DNA from: an uncultured Acidobacteriota bacterium
GTDB lineage: Bacteria > Acidobacteriota > Thermoanaerobaculia > Multivoradales > UBA5704
Length of the DNA stretch: 64,000 nucleotides
Assembly: GCA_963770895.1 (NCBI GenBank)
Contig: CAVYRF010000002.1
Location: forward strand, 1,056,001 to 1,120,000
Reading direction: 5' to 3'
Position 1 is the stretch's first letter. Each line of letters begins with the position of its first letter. A program made the translations under genes and the position numbers. The notes beneath the pieces are model-generated. The model ran no database searches. It saw only the letters and a list, made by a program, of their open reading frames with translations, and was not told the DNA's origin. Positions 1-7,066 of this stretch are shown piece after piece.

Positions 1-939
1 CAGCGACATCACGGCGGAGGTCGGATTGTGCAGCGATGGCTGGCAGAAGACCGAACCGCCGCGCCCACCCGCGCAACGCGCCGCGAGGGCCGCGGGAACC
101 AGGCCCTCGCCATCGATCGGCACGGCCTCCAGGCGCAAGCCGAGCAAGCGCGCGGCCGCCTTGACGCCCGGATACGTGAGCTCCTCCACGAACAGCGGGT
201 CCCCCGCACGCGCCAGGGCCGCCAGCGTCACCAGGATGGCGTGCTGTGCACCGCTCGTCACCACCACCTGGTCCGCCACCGGCCGCCACTCGCCCCGTCG
301 CGCCCACGCGGCGCCGGCAGCGCGATGCTCGCCCCCGCCGCCCGGCGGGTAGCGATACGCCAGGCCCCCCAACATCAACGCCGCGCTGCCGCCCGCCGCC
401 GCCGCGCCCAGGTCGCCGGCGCCCGCCGCCACAAAGTTTGCCGACAGGTCCACAAAGCCCAGCCGGCCGCCGGGGGCACGGCGGCCACCGGCGCCGAGGC
501 CTGGGGGGCGTTCAGGGCCTGCCGGGCTGCCGTAGCCTCCGGGGCCTGCCGGGCTGCCGAGGCCTCCGGGGCCTGCCGGGCTGCCGAGGCCGCCGTAGCC
601 GCCTACGTCCCCTGTGCCGATGGCATCTCTACCTTCACCGGGTGTATGCGTCCGGCTGCGTCCGCCAGGCGAGCCCGAGCTCTGGACGCCGCCGGCGATG
701 ACGAAAGTGCCGCGCCCCACCGCACCCTGCACCAAGCCCTGCTCGGCGGCTTCCCGGTAGGCGCGGCTGGCAGTCACGATGGAAGTGCCCAGGCTCCGGG
801 CCAGCTCGCGATGGGTCGGCAACCGCACGCCGGGCCGCACCTTGCCGCCCTCGATATCCAGCCGCAACGCCGCCGCCAGCCGCTGGTGAATCGGTCCATC
901 ATCCGTCGTCAGCCAAGGCACCCAGCCAGCCATTGTCAT
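1..939 (-). CDS. MocR/GabR-family regulator (GntR HTH + PLP-dependent aminotransferase domain), 3' end runs off the window
   Basis: Absent from the ORF track (no stop in window). Manual translation from ATG 939: MTMAGWVPWLTTDDGPIHQRLAAALRLDIEGGKVRPGVRLPTHRELARSLGTSIVTASRAYREAAEQGLVQGAVGRGTFV (GntR wHTH), then VVVTSGAQHAIL...VEELTYPG...CQPSLHNPT (class I aminotransferase fold). Confidence 0.92.
   Translation of the reverse strand, partial: MTMAGWVPWLTTDDGPIHQRLAAALRLDIEGGKVRPGVRLPTHRELARSLGTSIVTASRAYREAAEQGLVQGAVGRGTFVIAGGVQSSGSPGGRSRTHTPGEGRDAIGTGDVGGYGGLGSPAGPGGLGSPAGPGGYGSPAGPERPPGLGAGGRRAPGGRLGFVDLSANFVAAGAGDLGAAAAGGSAALMLGGLAYRYPPGGGGEHRAAGAAWARRGEWRPVADQVVVTSGAQHAILVTLAALARAGDPLFVEELTYPGVKAAARLLGLRLEAVPIDGEGLVPAALAARCAGGRGGSVFCQPSLHNPTSAVMSL
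515..595. repeat. 3 x 27-bp tandem repeat in the MocR interdomain linker (encodes GG[L/Y]GSPAGP x3)
   Basis: Units gggcctgccgggctgccg(tag/agg)... at 515-541, 542-568 and 569-595. Confidence 0.9.
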
Positions 940-1259
940 ACCCTAATTGTACTACGACACCAGATCAGCAGGATCGCCTGCGCCAGCCCCGCAACCCAGA
1001 CCCACGCCGGGCCGGCCCGCCAGAGCCCCTTCAGCCCCCTCCATCCTCGCCGGCTCCGCCAGTCCCCCCAACCATCCACCGGCCGTTCAAACAACACCGA
1101 GGCCATCGCCTTGTCCGCGCTTGGCCTGTGAGCCGCGCCCGGCTGCCAGATCGTGGCGACAGCACATTGTCATACTCAGATTGTACTACTTGATTGGTTT
1201 TACAGTCCGGATCTATAAAAGGGGTGAACGGGAATTCAAGCCGATTGTACTAGGACAAT
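931..1259. promoter_or_regulatory. Putative MocR operator sites in the divergent promoter region
   Basis: CATTGTCATACcctaATTGTACTAC (931-955) and CATTGTCATACtcagATTGTACTAC (1165-1189) are near-identical; the inverted form ATTGT-N6-ACAAT is at 1244-1259. Confidence 0.7.
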
Positions 1260-1289
1260 TGAGCCTTTGAAGCCCCCGAGGAGAGCACC

Positions 1290-2099
1290 GTGCGGGTCTA
1301 CCACGTCGATGCCTTTACGTCCCGTCCCTTCGCCGGCAACCCTGCCGGCGTGTGCCTGCTGCAGCAAGCCGCGGACCCCGCGTGGATGCATACGCTGGCG
1401 GTCGAGCTGAATCTGCCCAAGACCGCCTTCGTCCTGCGTCAGGGCGCCGGCGGCAATCGCTTCGATCTGCGCTGGTTCGGCTTCGACGGCGAAGCACAGC
1501 TGTGCGGCCACGCCACCCTCGCCGCCGCGCACGTGCTCTGGGAGAACGGCATGGTGGCGGCCGCCAACCCGATCGAATTTTCCACTCTGAGTGGAACGCT
1601 CGTGGCGCGCCGGGCCGGGCAGTGGATCGAGCTCGACTTCCCCGCCGAGCTGGCCGCTGCCGAGCACAGCCAGGCGCTGGTCGAAGCACTCGGCATCGAG
1701 CCGCTGTGGATGGGCCGCAACCGATTGCACCACCTGATCGAGTTGGTCGACGAGGATGCGGTGCGGTCGCTGCGGCCCGATTTCGTGCGGCTCGCCGCCG
1801 CCTCTCCGCCGGCGCACGGCGTCATCGTCACCGCGCGCGCCGCAACCCCGGACATCGACTTCGTGTCGCGGGTTTTCGTGCCGCTGGCCGGCGTCAACGA
1901 AGATCCGGCGACCGGCTCGGCGCACTGCGCCCTGGGTCCCTATTGGGCAGCCAAGCTGGGCAAGAAAGAGCTGCTGGCCGTGCAAGCCTCCGCCCGCGGC
2001 GGCAGCCTTCGCGTCCGCGTCGCCGGCGACCGGGTGCACATCGCCGGTCAGGCTGTAAGCTTGCTTTGCTGCCAGCTGGTTGGCGGGAGGGCTGCGTGA
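1290..2099 (+). CDS. PhzF-family isomerase/epimerase
   Basis: VDAFTSRPFAGNPAGV, LCGHATLA and EDPATGSAHCALGPYW motifs; GAGGAG RBS. Confidence 0.93.
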   Translation: MRVYHVDAFTSRPFAGNPAGVCLLQQAADPAWMHTLAVELNLPKTAFVLRQGAGGNRFDLRWFGFDGEAQLCGHATLAAAHVLWENGMVAAANPIEFSTLSGTLVARRAGQWIELDFPAELAAAEHSQALVEALGIEPLWMGRNRLHHLIELVDEDAVRSLRPDFVRLAAASPPAHGVIVTARAATPDIDFVSRVFVPLAGVNEDPATGSAHCALGPYWAAKLGKKELLAVQASARGGSLRVRVAGDRVHIAGQAVSLLCCQLVGGRAA

Positions 2100-2458
2100 T
2101 CGACAAGGAAACGATCCTCAAGCGCTTCGAGAGTCCCGACGAAACCCGCCTTTTCGAAAAAGGGCGCTTCGACGTGGTGAGGGTCGGCGGCATGACCATC
2201 GGCCGCGCCTGCTACCAGCCCGGCTGGAAGTGGTCGCTGCACGTGCGGCCCATCGCCGGCACCGACCTCTGCACCGTCGAGCACGTCGGCATGGTGCTCT
2301 CGGGTCGCGCCGCCGTGGCCTACGCCGACGGGCGCCAGGATGAGCTCGCACCCGGCACCCTGTTCTACATCCCGCCCCTGCCTCACGACAGCTGGGTCAT
2401 CGGCGACCAGCCCTACATCTCCCTCCACTTCCAAGGCGCCGCCGACTACAGCCGCTGA
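2096..2458 (+). CDS. Cupin-domain protein
   Basis: GTGA overlap with the phzF stop; QPGWKWSLHV...C..EHVGMVLSG...PHDSWVIGD cupin motifs. Confidence 0.85.
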   Translation: MIDKETILKRFESPDETRLFEKGRFDVVRVGGMTIGRACYQPGWKWSLHVRPIAGTDLCTVEHVGMVLSGRAAVAYADGRQDELAPGTLFYIPPLPHDSWVIGDQPYISLHFQGAADYSR

Positions 2459-2480
2459 ACCCACACCGGCGCCGCGCAGT

Positions 2481-2687
2481 CCCACGGCGCCACCCCACGC
2501 TCCCCCCGGCAGCGACCGCACTGCCGGTCCTGCCGCCCGCGGCGAACCAGCCTGGCGGAGGACGGGACGGTGGATCGCATGCGCTCAGCGGGCCAAATGC
2601 GGCAGGCGAGCCGCCCAAACGCCATCGGGCGCCGCGAGCTCCCACGGCACCACCCCACGCTCCCCCCGGCAGCGATCGCGCTGCCGG
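2481..2687. repeat. Two 47-bp direct repeats 160 bp apart, each ending in a palindrome (REP-like)
   Basis: cccacggc(g/a)ccaccccacgctccccccggcagcga(c/t)cgc(a/g)ctgccgg at 2481-2527 and 2641-2687; each contains a ccggcag...ctgccgg hairpin. Confidence 0.8.
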
Positions 2688-3157
2688 CCTTACCCCTCGC
2701 GGCACGGCAAGCAGGCGGCCAAACAGGGCGGCAGATCCACTGCACCGCACTGAACCGACCACCCAGGCCGCAGCCAACCGCTCAAACCTTTCCAGGCGCC
2801 GCACCGGTTCGGCGGTGCTCCCCTCATCTGGTCCCCGAGGCGAGCGTGCTGCTTGGTCTTGATCACTGGAACGCGGCGGAGGGACGACGAACGGGACGGC
2901 AAAGCCATTGCGAGGAGGCCGCAGGAGCGGCGGACCAACAGCTCGATTGCAGTCCAGCAGACCGATCGGCCAATGGGTCAGCGGCAGGCCAATGCTCACC
3001 ATCAGCGATCGTGTCCCGCTATTTGCTGCTGGCGGCTACTTAGTCAAGTGAAGCGCCTGGAAGGCCCGTGTGTTGAATGTGCTGTAACGCTAGTCCTACA
3101 CATGGGACGAAAAATGTCTAACCGCGGGCCAGAAATGCAGTACACTGAGGAACGGTC

Positions 3158-3979
3158 ATGGAAACCTACCCGGCCGACGAGCAGGAAGTCCGTTACTACG
3201 CGGGAGTGCTGCGCCATGCGATCCGCGCCGCGGGCTTCTCGGTCAGCGAGATCGAGCGCCAGCTGGGCGCCGGCCCCAAGGCGCTGCGCCGGGTCTTCGG
3301 AGGCCAGGTCGATCTCAAATTCAAGCACGTGGTTGCGGTGCTGCGCGTCATCGGCATGCCGCAGGAGGAGTTCTTCGCCATCGCCGCTTCGCGGCGGCGC
3401 AAGCGCCGCTCGCCGGGAGGCGAGCTGCTGGCCATGATGCACCTCGGCCAGCGCACCGACACACCGCCGCTCGCGGAAATCGAGCCGCCGCCGCCGGGAC
3501 ATGCCGGCGCGCCTCTCTCCGACAACGCATTCGACGATTTGGTCGAAGAGGCCGTGAATCGGGTGATGGAGCGCCGCGCCCGCCAGGGAGGCTCGGCAAC
3601 CCAGAAGGCACCGCAGGACGCACCAGAGTCGGAGGCCGACGCGGAGACGGACGACGAAGAGCTGGACGACGACCTTACCGGCTCCGATGGTCCAGGCGGC
3701 TACCGGACCGGCGCCGAGTCAGCTGCGCCACACGGCCAGACGATCGGGGGCACCGGGTCGACCGGAGGGGCTGAAGGGGCAGCCGCGCCAGACCAGCCGG
3801 GAGATCGACGACGACGCCTGAAAAAGGGACCGGCAACGCCAGAGGAAACCGTCGCTGGCAAGCGGGGCAGCCAGGTTGACGCAGCAGATCCAGACGCTCT
3901 CGGCGCTACCAGCCAGGACCAAGCCGACGGCCCCAGCCAAGGCACCGACGACGACGCCGAGCGAGCCCGCCGCCGCTGA
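3158..3979 (+). CDS. XRE-like HTH regulator with a long acidic, disordered C-terminus
   Basis: N-terminal LRHAIRAAGFSVSEIERQLGAGPKALRRVFGGQVDLKFKHVVAVLRVIG fits an HTH; GAGGA RBS; C-terminal half is D/E/G/A/P-rich. Confidence 0.75.
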   Translation: METYPADEQEVRYYAGVLRHAIRAAGFSVSEIERQLGAGPKALRRVFGGQVDLKFKHVVAVLRVIGMPQEEFFAIAASRRRKRRSPGGELLAMMHLGQRTDTPPLAEIEPPPPGHAGAPLSDNAFDDLVEEAVNRVMERRARQGGSATQKAPQDAPESEADAETDDEELDDDLTGSDGPGGYRTGAESAAPHGQTIGGTGSTGGAEGAAAPDQPGDRRRRLKKGPATPEETVAGKRGSQVDAADPDALGATSQDQADGPSQGTDDDAERARRR

Positions 3980-4065
3980 ACCCCCAATTGCCGCTGCCTA
4001 GCGGCCGCGAGCAGAGGAATCGATAGCGCCTGGCTTGCCCTCGACAGCACGGGCTGCGGTTGCTC

Positions 4066-4143
4066 CCTGCCGGGAGTGCCGGGCCAAGCGACAGCCCCGG
4101 CCGACCTACCGGGAGTGCCGGGACAGGCGACAGCCCCGGCCGA
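4066..4143. repeat. 2 x 39-bp tandem repeat with internal hairpins between convergent genes
   Basis: cct(g/a)ccgggagtgccggg(c/a)ca(a/g)gcgacagccccggccga at 4066-4104 and 4105-4143. Confidence 0.85.
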
Positions 4144-4219
4144 CTCCTCGACATAGGTTCAACCATGCCTGCGTCGGCGCGCCTGGCCCGCGCCGCCGAA
4201 TGGCGATCGCAACGGGCGG

Positions 4220-5536
4220 TCAGCCAGGCACGGCCGGCGAGCTGGATGGGCGCGCCTGGCGCTCAAAGTCTCGCACGAAGCCGATGGCCATCTCGATCCC
4301 GTCGACGAGCTGACCGCCCACCAGGCAGGCCCGCCGCAGCACCAGCAGTGCCGCGATGGCCTCGCGGCCGATGCGCAGGGCTCGAAACGTTTCAACGACG
4401 TCCTCGCACAGCGAGTACACTTCGGCGACCCGCCCCTGGCGCGACCAGAGGAGCGCCAGCTGCAGGCCGATGCGCGCCGCCGGATAGATCTGCTGGCGAT
4501 CGGTGAACTCCTGTCGCGCCTGCTGGAACGCAGCTTCAGCGCTATCGAGCTTGCCGAGCCCAGCCAGGATGGTGCCTTCGAGCCAGCGCACGCGGCACGG
4601 CTCGATCCCGTCGAAGAGCGCCCGACAGCGCCATAGCAGACGTCGAGCGGCGCGGAAGCGGCCGAGATCGACCAAGTCGCCTATCAGGTTCCAGATGGTC
4701 ACGTTCACCAGCTCCCGATCGGCATCCAGATCGAGCAGGTCGAGCCCCCGGAGCTGCAAGACCAGCGCTTGCGCCGTCTGGTGGTCGTAGAGGGCGAGCA
4801 CCCCCTCGTTGATGAGCATCCTGCCGGCGAGCCGCCAGCGCCAGGCACTGGCATGGCTTTCGTAGGCCAGGGCGAGGAGCTCGCGCCCTTGCGGCGCCTG
4901 GCGTTGATATCCCAGGAGCGAAGCCAGCAGCTCGGCCACGCGAGCCAGCAAGAGATCGGAACCCGACCCCCGCCGGCACCAGTAGACGGCGCGATGCATG
5001 GCGCCGGCAGCACTGTGCAGATCGTCGCAAACTCGATAGGCGTTGGCCAGCTCGGCCCAGGCGAGCCCGCGCAGATCCGCGACCACCCGGCTGCCGTGTT
5101 CCCGCGCCCGCAAGCGGTCGGCGGCACAGACCGCCAACCTGGCGCAGGAGATCATGTCAGCAGGCGATTCTTCGCTCAGGCTGCGGCTGGCTTCCATCAG
5201 CGCCTGCAGGCGCTTGAGGCCGCTGGATCGACTGGCGCCGGCGGCGGTCAGGCTCCAGATGCGGCGCCCCTTCAACAGGCGGGCCAGAGTGTCGGCGGCC
5301 GCCTTTTTGGGGTCCCTGGCAGGTCTTTTCCTGCCGGGGGCCGCTACGGCTCCCACTGCGCCTGGGGCGCTCGGGGTGCTTGCTGCGGTCCGCAAGCGGG
5401 CCGCGGCCTGCGCCGGCCGCAGATCGTGCGGCCCTTGCGCCGGCCGTGACGGGCGCGCGTTGCGAGGGGCCGCGGCTGCCGCGCGGCGGCGAGTCTTTGG
5501 GTGGGCGGTCAGAGGCGCTTTGCGATCCTTGGGCAC
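4220..5536 (-). CDS. TPR-like all-helical cytoplasmic protein
   Basis: Repeated helical motifs (AWAELANAYRVCDDL, WLEGTILAGLGKLDSAEAAFQQARQEF, LALLWSRQGR, REAIAALLVL). GTG 5536 follows an AGGAGA RBS; ATG 5569 is an alternative start. Confidence 0.8.
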   Translation of the reverse strand: MPKDRKAPLTAHPKTRRRAAAAAPRNARPSRPAQGPHDLRPAQAAARLRTAASTPSAPGAVGAVAAPGRKRPARDPKKAAADTLARLLKGRRIWSLTAAGASRSSGLKRLQALMEASRSLSEESPADMISCARLAVCAADRLRAREHGSRVVADLRGLAWAELANAYRVCDDLHSAAGAMHRAVYWCRRGSGSDLLLARVAELLASLLGYQRQAPQGRELLALAYESHASAWRWRLAGRMLINEGVLALYDHQTAQALVLQLRGLDLLDLDADRELVNVTIWNLIGDLVDLGRFRAARRLLWRCRALFDGIEPCRVRWLEGTILAGLGKLDSAEAAFQQARQEFTDRQQIYPAARIGLQLALLWSRQGRVAEVYSLCEDVVETFRALRIGREAIAALLVLRRACLVGGQLVDGIEMAIGFVRDFERQARPSSSPAVPG

Positions 5537-5809
5537 TTTGAATCTCTCCTGAGCTGTACATTGTGCCATCGATTACGCACAAGCGGTAGTATCGGTTGAC
5601 CTCGAGACTCAAGAAAAATGCGCGAACAGGACCGCCAGCCGCACCCCAAGGGCACGAGAGGGAGACGCCGAATGCGACGTAAAGGCGCATCAACAAAGGC
5701 GAATCAGCGCCGGACGGAACTGCGACAGGACGGCTGCGAGCTCTTGAGCCATCGTTCTGCCGATCCGGGCCAGGCGGAGTCGGGGACTAGCTTTCGGGGT
5801 GTCGTGTCG

Positions 5810-5858
5810 AAAAACGGCCCCGCGCGACCTCGGGTTGGGTTCGCGGCGCGCGGGGCCG
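5810..5858 (-). terminator. Intrinsic terminator of the small secreted peptide gene
   Basis: Perfect 12-bp stem CGGCCCCGCGCG/CGCGCGGGGCCG followed by TTTTT on the minus strand, 7 bp after the stop. Confidence 0.8.
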
Positions 5859-5865
5859 AGGACTT

Positions 5866-6147
5866 CTATGGCTGGATCGCCGTTCCTACGACGCAGAGCC
5901 CATTGGGGTCTTTGTTGAAGGCGCAGGTCACGACCGGGCCAGTGCCGTCGGCCAACCGCACCGGCTTCCTGGCTGCCGGGGAGCCCTGCAATCGGTCGAG
6001 GCCTACGAAGTGGGCCACGGCTTGCGTCGCGGTATCGATCCAGCTCCCGGTGGCCCCAGGCCTGCTGGCAGCGGCGGGGGTCGCGAGCGTGAGTACGAGG
6101 CCCAGGGTTGCGGCGCTCAGGATGGGGTGATTGGATGTTGCGGGCAT
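5866..6147 (-). CDS. Small secreted pre-peptide (93 aa) with a C-terminal CAFNKDPNGLC motif
   Basis: GAAGGAGG RBS; Sec signal LSAATLGLVLTLATPAAA; own promoter and terminator. Confidence 0.8.
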   Translation of the reverse strand: MPATSNHPILSAATLGLVLTLATPAAASRPGATGSWIDTATQAVAHFVGLDRLQGSPAARKPVRLADGTGPVVTCAFNKDPNGLCVVGTAIQP

Positions 6148-6288
6148 GAGAACCTCCTTCGGCCGCGGGCAGTCTGGAGGCCGGCATGGTTTCCAGCTTC
6201 CGCGGTTGCTCCTTCGGAGCCGTCCGACCGGGTGAGCGGCGGACTACCGGTTGCAGCAGCCCGTTGCTCCCACCATCGGCTGACAGCT

Positions 6289-6297
6289 ATTATAGCA
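6289..6297 (-). promoter_or_regulatory. Extended -10 sigma-70 promoter (TGcTATAAT) for the peptide gene
   Basis: Exact consensus within an AT-rich island (about 6285-6337) in otherwise very GC-rich DNA. Confidence 0.75.
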
Positions 6298-6487
6298 ATA
6301 AATTGGAATATAGGCATTATTGAAGTTTCAGAATAAAGGCGCCGCCAGAGCCGCCGTACCGCGGCGTGCCGGACCTGTGCCCGGCGGAGTCGAAGTGCGC
6401 ACAAAAGAAAGACACTTACCGGCGGCAATCGGGTTACGAGACGGCGGAACGCCACGCGGCCCGCGCCAGCGCGCAGCCGCGTCAGCC

Positions 6488-6517
6488 TTGACCTGCTTGG
6501 CCAGGCAAGCCTATTCT
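6488..6517 (+). promoter_or_regulatory. Putative sigma-70 promoter
   Basis: TTGACC-N18-TATTCT upstream of the gene at 6569. Confidence 0.5.
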
Positions 6518-6568
6518 CGACATCTCTTGGAGTAGCCAGCGTCGCATCGCTCTCTTCCGTGAAAGGAG

Positions 6569-6835
6569 ATGGTCATGGGCATCTTCCACATCATCTGGGC
6601 CTGTATCGTGGGTTTCTTCGCCGGCTTGTGCGCCCGCGTCCTGATCGCCCATAACCACATGGGCCTGATCATGACGACGGTGCTCGGCATCGTCGGCTCG
6701 CTGGTCGGCGGCTTCATCGCCAGCCTGATTTGGAGACCCCGCAACGAACGCTTCCATCCCGCCGGCTTCCTGTTTTCGATCCTGGGCGCCGTGATCGTGC
6801 TTTGGCTCGCTCACAAGCTGGGCTGGAATTTCTAA
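6569..6835 (+). CDS. GlsB/YeaQ/YmgE (transglycosylase-associated) membrane protein
   Basis: IVGFFAGLCARVL...TTVLGIVGSLVGG...FSILGAVIVLWL; three TM segments; AAGGAG RBS. Confidence 0.9.
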   Translation: MVMGIFHIIWACIVGFFAGLCARVLIAHNHMGLIMTTVLGIVGSLVGGFIASLIWRPRNERFHPAGFLFSILGAVIVLWLAHKLGWNF

Positions 6836-7015
6836 GCACCGCTTCCTTCACACCCCTGGCGGCCGGCACCAGCCGCCGCCGGTCGCCAGGGCCTCCGCAG
6901 GGCAAACCTGCCACCAGTGTCCCGGCACTCGCACTGCCCAACCGCCTCGCGGCCCCTGCGCAAATGCGCTCAGATCGCAATGCGCCTGTGGATTTGGCGA
7001 CCTCGATGGCAAGGA

Positions 7016-7044
7016 TTGACATGACTGGCTACCGCCGCTAGAGT
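7016..7044 (+). promoter_or_regulatory. Sigma-70 promoter
   Basis: TTGACA-N17-TAGAGT. Confidence 0.7.
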
Positions 7045-7066
7045 CTTATGAGGTAGAGGATCAGCG

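Noticed and set aside
28-1131. 367-aa plus-strand ORF
   Set aside because: It is antisense to the MocR-family gene, which has clear domain motifs.
2481-2687. Possible CRISPR array
   Set aside because: Only two 47-bp copies with a 113-bp gap, and no cas genes in the window.
2690-3150. Short ORFs in the gap before the HTH gene
   Set aside because: No RBS, recognisable motif or consistent codon bias.
6148-6285. Known riboswitch (c-di-GMP, c-di-AMP, SAM, TPP)
   Set aside because: I could not find the conserved core sequences by eye; kept only as an unassigned structured leader.
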